From: Eledone cirrhosa
Lineage: Eukaryota
Length of the DNA: 64,000 bases
Direction: 5' to 3'
NCBI GenBank assembly: GCA_964016885.1
Contig: OZ024741.1
Location: 187,674,001 to 187,738,000, forward strand
This document shows positions 28,287 through 40,820 of this stretch, piece by piece (within the stretch, counting starts at the first letter, position 1; each line of letters opens with the position of its first letter). The translations under genes and the position numbers were made by a program. Below the pieces are notes generated by a model. That model did no database searches. It worked only from the letters and a program-made list of their open reading frames with translations, and was not told where the DNA came from.

Positions 28287-29538
28287 TAGACAGACAGACA
28301 GACAAACAGACAAATAGATAGATATGTTTCTTTATTAGCCACCGGGGCACAAAAGAAAAGGACAATACAAAGGGGGAAGTTTACATACAATAAAAACGTG
28401 TAAAATACTATCACAAATGCAATTTAAAATTTAATCGATTTTCCCCAATAGGGGGAGACATTACATATGCGTAACACATACCCCCGAAAAAATGTGCAAC
28501 CCTCATCTCCAGGAGTACGAAGAGTTTGTACCCCTTTCCTCTCTTCCTCTTTTTCCTCAACCTACAGGCTGATATAGAGAGAAAGCCCATTCACTCGGGC
28601 CATTCTCGCCACTTTCACCCACCTTTCATAAAACTTGCTGGGGTACAGCACCTCTCTCTCCATCCTGATTGTTCTTCTAAAGTGGTGTTTGAAAAAAAGA
28701 ATCAGTTGTTGGCCGGAGAGAAAGGTGTCTGACCTCACCCCTTTTAACCTCATCCACCATACAACCGCCTTCGCCATAGCTATCACACAAAGGAAAACCG
28801 CCTCTCCTTCATTTTTTAAGGAGGGTGGCGGTTTGATCATGGCGATGGACTCAGTGGTCAACCGGATTGGTCCCACCCGCGACAATAGTCGTTCTACATA
28901 GCCCCACAGGTCGGTAACGCCTGGGTAGTGTACGAATCCGTGCGCGACGGTTTCTTCGTCTCGCACGCATCTCGGACAGATCTTTTTCGAGGGGTCCCTG
29001 CCCGGGCGCCCGTGTCTGTAGAGCTTGTTTCGAACTGGTAGAGCTCCTCAGTAGCACTGCCAGGCCAGGGACTTTTGGAAGTTGTCCATCGGTCCCGGGC
29101 GGAACGTCCTACCGAACAGACTGGCCAGTTCGTCTTCTTCTACGCCTAGAGTTTCTCCGAGCGAGTCGTCGCACTTGCTGCGGACCAACCCTCTATAGAA
29201 TGACTGAGTGGAGTCTCCACTGATCGCCGGGTCCGCCTGCCAGAAGGCTGTGAGCGCCTGAGCACATTCGATGTGCCAGTCGCCCATTTTCCTCGGTCTT
29301 TGCTTGACCCAGGACTGCAGCTCGGTCAGCGAGACGAGTCGTGGCAAGACTCGCCTCACGAACGGGGCCCACACCGGTTGTCCGGTAAGGAATACGTGGA
29401 GGTGCCGCAGCCTGAGTGCGTATTTGCGCATCGTCAGCCACGGCATCCCCAGCTCTCCGTTGGAAGGGTGTTGGCAGCAGATGGATCTTCTCACAAAAGG
29501 CGCCCGCTTCTTCCAAAGGAATTGGAAGAGCGCGCGCT
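28287..29538 (-). mobile_element. 5'-truncated, decayed L1/Tx1-clade LINE (ORF2 C-terminus with CCHC zinc knuckle, 3'UTR, (TATC)n tail)
   Basis: Translated pieces GELGMP, LAWQCY*GALPV, ICPRC..DEETVAHGFVH, AKAVVWWMRLK, ERWVK; in-frame stop and frameshift; GGCTAATAAAGAAA polyA signal; flanked by (GATA)n. Confidence 0.85.
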
Positions 29539-29605
29539 AGATAGATAGATAGATAGACACAAACAGACAAATAGATAGATAGATAAATAGATAGATAGAT
29601 AGATA

Positions 29606-29640
<35 letters not shown>

Positions 29641-29941
29641 AGGCACCACGCAGTGAGACTGATTGAACTCAGGAGCACATGGTTGTGTCCAATATTGCTT
29701 TCTAAGAGAGACACATTTGGAACTGGGTATAGTTTATTATATCGTCACCAATAACAATGTGGTGCTTATTTTATCGACACCGGGTGGAAAATTGGCTAAG
29801 TTCACCTTCGCTGGGATTTCAACTTCGATCATAATGGTAGTCAACTATATACTACCGATCCTCTTCTTTTCAAATGTTACGCATGAGTTAGATTTCATTT
29901 CTTGTTTTAGTCCGGTGAAAAGAATAGTTGAATGAATGCAG

Positions 29942-29979
<38 letters not shown>

Positions 29980-30244
29980 AAAACCACATTACCCACCACC
30001 ACCAACAACAACGACAACTTTAGAAATATTCATTTCTAATTTAGGCATAAAGCTATCGTTTTGCGGGGTGAGGGAGAAAATCAACGCAAGTACGCGACTA
30101 ATACCTTATTTTATCGACACGGAAGGATGAAAGGCAAAGTTGACCACGGCGGGATTTGACCTCTGAATGTAAAGAGCCAGAACAAATACCGCAAGAATAT
30201 TTTATACACCGAACAGTCCTGCCAATCCACAAATTTATATACAA

Positions 30245-30340
30245 ATTTATTTTTTGAAAATAAAAAGACAAACAAAAGACACAGAACTCCAGGGTCGTCG
30301 ACTGTTAAGATGGACTTTGACAGTTTCGACCCCTACAAAC

Positions 30341-30402
<62 letters not shown>

Positions 30403-30438
30403 GTCTGTTTGTAGGGGTCGAAACTGTGAAAGTCCATC
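30245..30438. mobile_element. Penelope-like pLTR fragment, family D (two inverted 3' halves of a hammerhead around a (TA)n tract)
   Basis: Plus strand GTTTGTAGGGGTC-GAAA-CTGTGAAAGTC-CATC; minus strand GTTTGTAGGGGTC-GAAA-CTGTCAAAGTC-CATC. Confidence 0.6.
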
Positions 30439-30607
30439 ATATATATATATATATATATAAATCAAGAAAATCAACAAAGAGAGGATAAGACAACGAATGA
30501 AAACAAGGCAAAACGAAAAAAATATCTGGTTTCCCCTTTAAAATATTTTTTTCGTTTTGCCTTGTTTTCATTCGTTGTCTTATCCTCTCTTTGTTGATTT
30601 TCTTGAG

Positions 30608-30653
<46 letters not shown>

Positions 30654-30859
30654 ATAGCCACTACCCTTATATATGTAAAACTATTATTATCAAAGTATTA
30701 TCATGTATCATAAAACTCATGAATGAGGCAGGTTGATTATGTTTTAGGTCAGTGGTCTCTATCTAGCCTACGATCAACGAACCTAAAGGATTCAGTGAAA
30801 TATTTGGGGGCTTTCTTGAAAAAAGTGGTTGCTATAAGGTTTCCCAATAAAGTTTCCGC

Positions 30860-31190
30860 TATGGCCAAATGGTTAAGGAGTTCGCTTCGCATTTATTATG
30901 TCCAAATTTGGGTATGTGTTATATATCATAGCCTCGGAGCGATCCGTGTCTTCTGAGAGAAACTGGGTAGACGAAAACTGTTTCGAAGCCGGTCGGATGG
31001 ACTGTACCTGTAATTCAAACGGTCACAATTGTCACAATGTGTCATACTGAATCTACCTGGGAATTATATTAAATGGTTAACGTGTCTATGGAATGCTGAG
31101 CCAAATACATGTTAATTTCATGAGCTGGTTGTTCCGTTAATCGAACAACTGGAACACCCATCGTCGAAACCGACGGAGGTCCATTCCATT
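30860..31190 (+). mobile_element. CORE-type SINE S2, degenerate and near full-length
   Basis: TGGCCAAATGGTTAAGGAGTTCGCT head, TAGCCTCGG...GGTAGACGAAAACTG...GAAGCCGGTCG core; tail homologous to the reverse complement of 58915-59040. Confidence 0.6.
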
Positions 31191-31307
31191 CAGTTTGATA
31201 GTTCTTGGAGACATTCTTCGGGGTATTTTATAATTTAATGTGCTATTCTTAGTTTCTTAATAATCTTTCTATAATCAAGTTTAAGGTTTCTTCATAAGTT
31301 TCTCATT

Positions 31308-31422
31308 AATTGTTTCTACTTTTGGCACAAGGCCAGCAATTATCCAGTGTATTACTGGTACTTTATTTTATCGACGCCGTAAGGATGAAAGGCAAAGTTA
31401 ACCTTGGCGGGATTTGAACTCA
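31308..31422 (-). mobile_element. SINE S1 with a 19-bp target-site duplication
   Basis: TCATAAGTTTCTCATTAAT at 31292-31310 and 31423-31441. Confidence 0.9.
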
Positions 31423-31498
31423 TCATAAGTTTCTCATTAATATAGTATAGTTTGTATTGTGAAACAGAAACTATTGTATGCATGTTTATACAACTAAA

Positions 31499-31619
<121 letters not shown>

Positions 31620-31944
31620 GACAATTTACTGTTACACACAAAAAATCTGTAATTCGATATATTTTTCTTTTGGTGATAGTGATAGCACCCACCCTCCTGG
31701 TAAATACCATGGTTGACAACCTCTTTAAATAGAGCAGCCAGTACTTGGTTGGTAACTCTCTTTGGTGAGTCCTCTTTTTTATTACGGTATGATGATGTGA
31801 CGAAATTCTACCAGGTAGAGCGATTGTTTTGAGGTTATGATACTGTCTTGTATCGCTAGTATATACTATATTTAGAATATATGTACTATATCTCTAGAAT
31901 ATAATCTTGAATATTAGTATGTAATATAAAGTTTATGCCAAAGC

Positions 31945-32116
31945 TTACCGTAACACAAGGAAAGAGTAAGCTTCGTTCAAAGTTTAACGTAACATAGAAC
32001 ATGTGAGGTTTAGTTCAAAGTTTAACGTGACACAAGACCATGAGCTTGGTTCAAAGTTTAACATTACACAAACCATGTTAAAACTTAGTTTAAAGTTTAA
32101 CATGATACAAGACCAG

Positions 32117-32195
<79 letters not shown>

Positions 32196-32505
32196 ATATA
32201 TATATACATACATACTTACATACACACATACACATATATACAAACAGTATGATCAAGAACATGAGCTTGGTTCAAACATTACACAAGACCACAAGCTTAG
32301 TTTAAAGTTTAACATGACACAAGTCCATGAGCTTGGTTCAAAGTTTAACATTACACAAGACCATGAACTTAGTTTAAAGTTTAACATGACACAAGGCCAT
32401 GACCTTGGTTCAAAGTTTAACATTACACAAGACCACAAGCTTAGTTTAAAGTTTAACACGATACAAGACCATGACCTTGGTTCAATTTTTAACGTAACAC
32501 AAGAT
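31945..32505. repeat. 36-bp minisatellite interrupted by a (TA)n tract
   Basis: Unit AAGTTTAACATKACACAAGACCATGAGCTTRGTTYA, about 11 copies. Confidence 0.92.
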
Positions 32506-32769
32506 ATGTGATGATTTGAATCCTCTCGCTAATTGGTATGCGTGAAAAAAGTTTGTTCAGTTTAACTCAGAAATATTTGTGCGTGTGTATGTGTGTTTGT
32601 TTGTGCGCGTGCGCATGTAAAGAGACTTTACCGCCGTCTTAACCCTGGAGACGGACCGTTGTGACAGCATCGAGTTCCTAACTTGACCACTGCCACGTCA
32701 CGATTCTTAGCCATTTTTGAATCTATTTCTGGCGGGGATCGCTTTGGAATATTACCTGTCCTATGAGTT

Positions 32770-32851
32770 TGTCTCCTGATGAGTTCGAAACTCGAGATTT
32801 TATCCTTAATAGGATATCTCAAAACGCGAACGAAACCCCGGGGTCGGGACA
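32770..32851 (+). ncRNA. type I hammerhead ribozyme, best-preserved copy
   Basis: Stem I TGTCTC/GGGACA, CTGATGA 32776-32782, stem II GTTCG/CGAAC extended by GAGAT..TATCCT-TAAT-AGGATA-TCTC, GAAA 32832-32835, palindromic stem III ACCCCGGGGT, GUC site at 32845. Confidence 0.9.
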
Positions 32852-33136
32852 TAATCGTGATAAGAGTGTACGCATTTCTTCTAACTTTAAATGTATACCT
32901 AATTGTGTATGGTTGACGGTATATTTAGTTGATTTCTACGTGCTGTTGAAATGTTGGGTAAATATTCTATTGCGGTCGGCCGCGAAGCGGCTGCCGTCGT
33001 TTATTTATCAAATATTTCTTCATAGGAGCCTTTATTCTTATAGCCTGGTCTAATTGATTTTTTATGTGGTTAATTATGCTAATTGGGAGAGGAAATGGTG
33101 TATATATTTTATCAAATGATTCTATGGACATACTTT

Positions 33137-33176
<40 letters not shown>

Positions 33177-33270
33177 CGAAGAACTAGCGTTAAGACTTTT
33201 AATACTATATTACGCGTGAAACTGATATATATCTTCATTGAACACCATTGTATGTTATTTTTCCGTATAA

Positions 33271-33381
33271 GTTTATCCTGGGTTCAATCGGGGGTAACCA
33301 CAGTAAGTAAGGTACTCAATACATAGCAGATGATTTCTCCCGAATGAAACTGTTCTAGTCCTGTAGAAGCCGTTTCTATAT

Positions 33382-33385
<4 letters not shown>
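33271..33385. mobile_element. Penelope-like pLTR fragment, family C, with internal inversion
   Basis: Homologous to 61455-61600 and 63355-63545; contains ATGATTTC..GAAT-GAAA-CTGTTCTAGTC-CTGTAG. Confidence 0.65.
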
Positions 33386-33415
<30 letters not shown>

Positions 33416-33472
33416 GTTATACTTTGGGAGAGTCAAAGACGAAGTATATATATATATATATATACTTCGTTT

Positions 33473-33639
33473 TTGAGCTCAAGCCGTTTCGACGCCTAAT
33501 TCAGTCCAGAATTAGCCGTCGAAACGGCTTGAGCTCAGCCGTCGGGGTCTTACTTGTTCCTATTACCCACTCTACTACCCTAAGTATTGAGTACTTTGGT
33601 GCGTTATGGTCCACCTGGTTCCTTACCACATTTCCTTCG

Positions 33640-33641
<2 letters not shown>
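33473..33641 (+). mobile_element. family B pLTR fragment with inverted duplication
   Basis: GTCCAGAATTAGCCGTC-GAAA-CGGC-TTGAGCTCA-GCCGTC-GGGGTC...TTCCTTCGT(TA)n, preceded by an inverted copy of its first ~30 nt. Confidence 0.75.
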
Positions 33642-33698
<57 letters not shown>

Positions 33699-34258
33699 CA
33701 TAAGAATAGTCAATGACTATAGTTGAGAAAATTAGACAAAATACCCCTGGACAAATGTCCCCGCGAGGAATCGAACTCCTCGTCTCTAGAATACCGACCA
33801 AGTGCGTTAACTACTGCATCTTTTCAGAAGCCTGTAGCTAACTGTAAAAATTCGTTGATTTAAGAAACATTGAAGAAATTTGAAATTTGAAATTTGAGAT
33901 GTAGACGTCCCAAAGTAGAAATGACAATAATAATAGTCGATCATGATAAATAATATTTGAGGATGAAACCAGCGGCTCCTTAGCGTAATAGTTAAAGGCA
34001 CTCGTTTAGTATTTATTTTATCAATGTTATTGAACTTTGTTACGTTATGTAAGTAAACAGCGCATGTTGTTAAGCGAAGTTAACGAAATACATACGCAAA
34101 CACTGACCTTCATGTCTGAGTGTGTGTGTGGAGGAGGTGAGTAATTGACGGTTCAGTAAGGGTGGGTATGAGTATGATATATACTGGTAGGTATACGCGT
34201 TTCAGTGATGTCGTTTCACCTGTACTTTTTCTCTCTCTCTCGCTCTCTTTCTCTCTAT

Positions 34259-34301
<43 letters not shown>

Positions 34302-35404
34302 TCGATCTTTCATTCTCTCCCTCCATTTCTTGTGCTTGCTAGTAACATGAAAGTAATGTTGACCGAAGTAGATACCTTAAAAAAGGTAATAAAATGACGG
34401 GGTGGTCATACCTGGAATGCCTTTAACCATACGTCTGCTCAATCAGGACTAGATAACAATAATAACAAGGCATTCTATACTCTACTATTGGTTCCAGTCA
34501 TTAGACTGCGGCCATGTTAGGACAACGCCTTGAAAATGAAATTTACAGCTCATACTTAAGCAGGTTTCGCTGGTCTCCTTCGAGATTTCATCGTATATGA
34601 GCTTTCCCTTGTGCTTTAACGACAGAGAGCCCCATGGAAAGCAACATGAAATGAAGCATCGGGGTCAAGAACACAATGCTATGTTCGGTTGAAGAATCGA
34701 ACCCGTGACCTTATGATCGTGAGTCAACCGTCCCAACCATTTGACGCATCTTTTCTATATTATTTAATATCTGCTGGCTGGCTCAAGTGTGGGGTGTCTG
34801 AAAGCGCTTCCATTGTCCAGTGGCTATAGTGAAGTGAGCTGTGTACGTGGCCTAGTGGTTTGAGTGTTGAACTAACGATCATAAGGCCGAACAATGCTGG
34901 TGCATTGTGTTTCTTAAGAAACCTCCTTCGCCGGATAGCTAAATCTGCATAGATGTGAGCCGTAAATTTTTCCCCCACTGTATGTGTGGTGGACGAGATT
35001 AAAAGGTTTTAAAAAATACGTTTTCATCTCGAAACAAATCCTCTCATCAGCTTTTTCACGTACCACTTGGAGAAGACGAGTGAGGAGCCCGTCACCGGTA
35101 CAGTTTACAAAAGCTGAGTGTTTAGCCCAAGAACAAACTCAACTCCTGCAGTCCTGATGAAAGGCTTTCCAGCTTTTTAGGGGTACCTAAGACTATAATT
35201 CACTAATGCAGACACTTTCAAATACTGTGTAGTGGCATAATAGGCCCACGTGTAATACTGCGACTATTTTTAGGCGGATCAAAAATATCCAGGTTATTTA
35301 GAAAACAAAATTGTCTTTATACGCTGCGTGTATGTTCCTTTGTAATACAATCAAGTGCAATGCGTATGCCTATCCCATCTGTTTTAAAAAAAATGTATAT
35401 ATAC

Positions 35405-35462
<58 letters not shown>

Positions 35463-35696
35463 GTCGGCTTAGCTGCGGCTCGAGCTTCGAATATGCTGTA
35501 CTTCCATTTGTATATATATATATGATAATAATGGAGCTGCGGCGTTGCAAATGGGTTACATATGAAAAAGTTTGTCCTTCATCGGTGGTCTTCCAACCGT
35601 CCTAGGCATTTCATCGCTTTAAAGACCATATACCTCAGGATGGTGCGAGCAACGGCTAAAAAAAGTCGTTGGGACACGTAAATAAAGGGGACGCTA

Positions 35697-35760
<64 letters not shown>

Positions 35761-35788
35761 AAATCTTCAGGCGCTTATACAAGTTTAT

Positions 35789-35875
35789 AAGCGCCTGAAG
35801 ATGGTCACAGTTTTGATTCCTCTTACATTCTGGAGATATGATTAATATTGGGCCTTGAAACCATAGGTAGTGCTT
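35789..35875 (+). ncRNA. type I hammerhead ribozyme motif (family E)
   Basis: Stem I AAGCGC/GTGCTT, CTGAAGA 35795-35801, imperfect stem II GGTC/GGCC with a long loop, GAAA 35857-35860, stem III ACC-ATA-GGT, GUA site at 35869. An inverted copy of its 5' end lies at 35763-35779 beside (TA)n. Confidence 0.7.
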
Positions 35876-35981
35876 TTGTCCCCTATATGAAATGAACATA
35901 AATAAATAAATATTATACTTCTGCTCTCTTTCCGATTGAGCACTATTTTCCCTTTTTCCTTTTTCACACCCACGGATATTG

Positions 35982-36094
<113 letters not shown>

Positions 36095-36849
36095 AAATAA
36101 ATGTTTTTGAAAAAATGTTGATATAGTAGGCCTTAACACTTAGTGCTTTATTCATTGTGCTCTGAACTGAAAAAGGTTTAATATTGCTAGTCCTTTGTTT
36201 CCGAAAGTGAGTTCCGAAGAACCGCAGGATTCTACAAGATAAGGTACCTTCTAATAAAAGCTATTAATTTGTACTTTTTATTTATTTTAAAGAGATTTTA
36301 ATTATATCTATTTACAACTTCTCTCTGAAACAAATTTTGTTTCCTTTAATGTCTTTTTAAAATGAGGGTGATGAGAATTGTTCAATGAATATGAGAGTTC
36401 CATGTTTTGGGGAGAAATCGTATAAGAATTCTGCGATACTTAAACAGGTGAGGTGTGATTTAAGGAAAATTTGATTGTTATTTAGGGGTGCCAGGCTACT
36501 TATCCAGCTAGGTGATTGTGACAATATTAGCGAAGATAATTGGATCTATTCTAACTCTGCTACTGTAAGTTGGTACTGGATCCGTCTTCGGTGGCGAAGG
36601 GGGACCACTGGATGGCACCCTCAGATTTAGAAAAACTTACGGTGATATGCATATTTTAAAATTCTGTCTTAGAAATATTGCGAATTAGAATGTCTACCCA
36701 GAACGTTCCGAAGGCACCACTCCAAGCACCAAAGCCTGTTGCCAGGCTTGGTTGGTAACAATAATTGGAAGAACCACTTGGTTCTGGGGTTTTCTCATTA
36801 ACCGCCATACGCAGTTGGTCTTCATTTTCAGAACCATTTTCTGTTATTA

Positions 36850-37140
36850 TGTTGTTTGCGGCATAGAGTTACGGCCCTTTATTATCAAAGTTCAAATACC
36901 GTCGAGGTTAACTTTGCCTTTCATCCTTACGAGGTCGATAAAATAAAGTACCAGTCACTCACTGGGGTCGATTTAATCGACTTTCTGCTCCCCCAAAACT
37001 GGTGGCCTTGTGTCTATATAAGAAACCGTTATTATTATGTTGTTTACGGCATAGAGTTACGTTCTTTTACGTTCTGAGTTCAATTCCCGCCGAGGTTAAC
37101 TTTACCTTTCATCTTAACAGGGCTGATAAAATAAAGTACA
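36850..37140 (+). mobile_element. two tandem SINE S1 copies
   Basis: GGCATAGAGTTACG...GTTCAA...CCGAGGTTAACTTT..CTTTCATC occurs twice. Confidence 0.85.
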
Positions 37141-37665
37141 TAATCCATTATGTTGTTATTGTTATTTATATTGTTATCGTATTGCCCTATATTGTTATCG
37201 TTGCTTGGGTATTCTTACTGTTTTTGTTTTCGTATTTCGTCCTTGCATTGTCCTTAATATTTTTGGCCCATTGTGACCAGCAAAAGAAATCTATATTATT
37301 CTGCTCTATTCTATATATTTAGTGTTTATTTCAATGAAAAACAGTTTCAGTGAAACGTCTCGTCAGGTCACACACTAAACCATGCATGAGTCGAGAGGAA
37401 GGAAGTTTCTAAAGAAATCGGCATATGTAGTTCATCTTCTTGGATTCATCCTTTCAATTTTCCATTCTTTCATTCATTTCACGGACTTTGAGATTAGGAT
37501 TGCCGTGTGACGTCAAGCATCAGATAATAAACACAGTGAGATAAAAACAAATGTAAACATTAATACGAAAACAATTACCCAACGAATATATATATAAGAA
37601 GAAGCAGGGACTGTGCAGTTGCTGGATAAGGTGTACTTATAAATAAGAGGAAAGCTATATATAAA

Positions 37666-37986
37666 CACACTGTATCCCCCGACATTCGCGGGCCCAGTTA
37701 TTCGCGAAATTTCCATTAGAACCTAATAATAGTTTGTGAAAGTGGAAACTACCACATATTCGCGGATTCATAAATATCTTCCGCGATTTTTTTTATGGCT
37801 TTTTTCGTGGCAATATATATTTTTTCACGCTTTTTAACGCTAAATTATTAATAACAATATACCATATTTGCCGTTTATGTTTTGACGTTTATAGGCATTT
37901 TTATGGACCACGTCCATTATTCGCGGTTATTCGCACTTCGCGGGTGCTCTAGGAGCTTAACCCCCGCGAAAACCGGGGTACAACTG
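37666..37986. mobile_element. pogo/Tigger-like MITE
   Basis: Imperfect TIR CACTGTATCCCCCGACATTCGCG / CGCGAAAACCGGGGTACAACTG-TA; repeated ATTCGCG subterminal motifs. Confidence 0.65.
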
Positions 37987-38827
37987 TATGTGTGTGTATA
38001 TATATATATACACACACCTTCTCTTTCAATATTCCGACAGTGAGACTGTTGATACACTTATGTAAAGTGCTACCTTCAGTCATTTTCTCCTCACACTTTG
38101 ACATCTATCGCTCTATGCATACGTACACACACACACATACACATACATACATACATACAGACAGACAGACAGAGGGGGATATAAGCAGATAGATGTGATG
38201 AGCGGATGTATATGTATGTAAAAGGAATAGGGAGAGATACCGAGAAAACACGTAAATAAAAACACGAACTGTTTATTTTTGACTACAATAACAATCCACA
38301 GATGAACTCTTGTGCTGTCACATGTTGGCACTAAGGTGGGAATCATTACATCCACTCTAAAAACTGTTAAAAATAACACCCAGACCTTCCTCAAATCACA
38401 CACTGGATAATATAATCATAAAAACAATATCACATTCATCATCCATTGACAATGTATTGTATTCATCACTGAAAGTTATATTAATTATATTTACAACTGT
38501 ATCACAAATGTATGCAGTTTGAAAAAAAAAAAATTGACTTGAGTGGTCCCAATTGAAATTTTAGTATTAATGGTGACCTCTGTAGACGTAACAGCAACAA
38601 CAACACATCCTAGCAATAACAGTGAAATCTAGCATAATTCTTTGTTTTATTTTTCGTTCGTTTGTTTTTTTTTATTTTGTAAGGAAAGAACTCATGCCCC
38701 GACTTTGGATTTGTTTATTTTCCTCTGTATGATTCTGAATGTGAAGCGAACGCTCTATCGTGAAAGGAAGGGTATAATTTAAATATGAGTTTGTAAAATT
38801 TGAGAGTAAGAAACATTTGAACGGATA

Positions 38828-39095
38828 TAATTGTTTCTACTTTAGGCACAAGGCCAGCAATTAACCAGTGCATTACTGGTACTTTATTTTATCGACCCCG
38901 TAAGGATGAAAGGCATATAATTTTACCTAATATTGTTTATCAAAATCAGTATTAATAATTTTTTCTACTTTTGCAACAAGGCCAGCAATTACGCCAGTCA
39001 GTGTATTACTGGTACTTTATCTTATCGACCCCGTAAGGATGAAAGGCAAAGTTAACCTCAGCGGGATTTGAACTCAGATCGTAAAGGACCGTAAT
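38828..39095 (-). mobile_element. two SINE S1 copies
   Basis: S1 consensus in reverse orientation, twice. Confidence 0.85.
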
Positions 39096-39284
39096 GAAAC
39101 TCTTGTTTGTTTTGGTAAATGTTCTAACTTTTATATTATATATTGTTTACCACCATATATTGTATTGAAGGGAAGATATCGAATTACTAGAGAGGTGTTG
39201 TAGACGAACATTGTTAAGAACTACTGTTTTCCAGTGTCTTATTTTATTTTCCTAAAGAAACATTCTTTCCTCGTTATACACAAA

Positions 39285-39640
39285 TTCTTCTTCTTCTTTT
39301 TCTTTTTCTTTTTCTTTCTCTTTCTCTTTTTCTTCTTTTTCTGCTTCGCTCACTTATTCTTGATCCAGCTGGATCCCAAAGCGAGACCAGCCAAACTCAT
39401 GGATGTTATCCAACCATCCTGCTCAGGGTCTACCCCTGGGTATTCTTACCGGTTGGTTTTTGTCCGTAAAATCCGTCCAACGATTCTTTCCTGAGACATT
39501 CTAACCACATGCCAGTAGTATCGGAACTGTGATTTCTCAATACAGCGAAGTAGCGGCTCTCCATAGAATGACTCTCTTATCTCCGAGCTACGCACTCTAT
39601 CGAGTAACATTACTTCAAAACCCTTCGAAGGAATCCCATT
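39285..39640 (-). mobile_element. RTE-clade (Rex3/Expander-like) LINE 3' fragment with (GAA)n tail
   Basis: Translation LLDRVRSSEIRES..EPLLRCIEKSQFRYYWHVVRM...WLDNIHEFGWSRFGIQ matches the RTE C-terminal pattern. Confidence 0.85.
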
Positions 39641-40194
39641 TTGGCTGCTTGTATTCACGATTGTATTCTTTCGGTCATTACTCAAGATTCATGACCAATT
39701 GTATAAAAAGAGTGTTATTTATATTAAAATTATTTTTTATTTACATCGTAAAATAAATGCATGTATCTGGCGACGAAACACCCAGGCAGTATGTTACGTT
39801 CGAAAAAATATGATGGTCATTCCATAGCCGTAGTGTTATCGATCATAGATCTACCTAATCAAGGATTACCTAGGGCTAAACAACATCAATGTTTTTTCTC
39901 CTCCTTATCATCAACGCTATTGTCGTCATCACTGCTACCACCACTATCATCATCAACAATAGCTACAGTCATCGTTGTAGTCAGTCAATCACTAGGTCTA
40001 ACAATAACTCATCACCCCCCCCCCCTCCTACAAACATCTGTTGTGACAAGGTCTAAATGAATTTCTATATATTAATTACTAAAACTATCAATCAACAGAA
40101 CAAAACAAAAAACAAAAAAAACAAAAAAAAAACAAAAAAAACCGCCGGCATTCGAAATAGACAAAGTATTGACGCCTTCTTCATCAGCAACGGA

Positions 40195-40310
40195 ATCACC
40201 ATCACCACCACCATCATCACCATCATCATCACCACCACCATCATCATCATCATCATCATCATCATCACCACCATCATCATCATCATCACCACCACCACCA
40301 CCATCACCAC

Positions 40311-40342
<32 letters not shown>

Positions 40343-40820
40343 CCACCACCATCAACTAAATCACACATTACCATTGAAAACATTGTCATAATCACCATCA
40401 CCATCACCATCATCATCATCATCATCATCATCACCATCATCATCATCACCACCATCATCACCATCACCATCATCACCATCATCATCATCATCACCACCAC
40501 CATCATCACCATCACCATCACCATCATCACCATCACCATCACCATCATCATCATCACCACCATCAACTAAATCACACATTACCATTGAAAACATTGTCAT
40601 AATCACCATCATCATCATCACCACCACCATCAACTAAATCACACATTACCATTGAAAACATTGTCATAATCACCATCATCATCATCACCACCACCATCAA
40701 CTAAATCACACATTACCATTGAAAACATTGTCATAATCACCATCATCATCATCACCACCACCATCAACTAAATCACACACTACCATTGGAAACATTGTCA
40801 TAATCACCATCATCCTCACC
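40195..40820. repeat. compound tandem repeat: constant ~42-bp block separated by variable (CAT/CAC)n tracts
   Basis: CAACTAAATCACACATTACCATTGAAAACATTGTCATAATCAC x5; the last units have a 67-bp period. Confidence 0.92.

Noticed and set aside
28562-29494. Host protein-coding gene
   Set aside because: Decayed LINE ORF2 with a stop and a frameshift.
33740-33820. tRNA gene (also the tRNA-like heads at 26130, 44700, 63040)
   Set aside because: A/B-box-like motifs without a complete cloverleaf; most likely SINE heads.
35011-35056. Minus-strand hammerhead-like motif (CTGATGA...GAGA...GTA)
   Set aside because: The GAAA core is mutated and the stems rely on G-U or A/T runs; possibly a relic but not supportable.
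37333-37372. Minus-strand CTGACGA...GAAACTGTT motif
   Set aside because: Stems I and II do not pair adequately.
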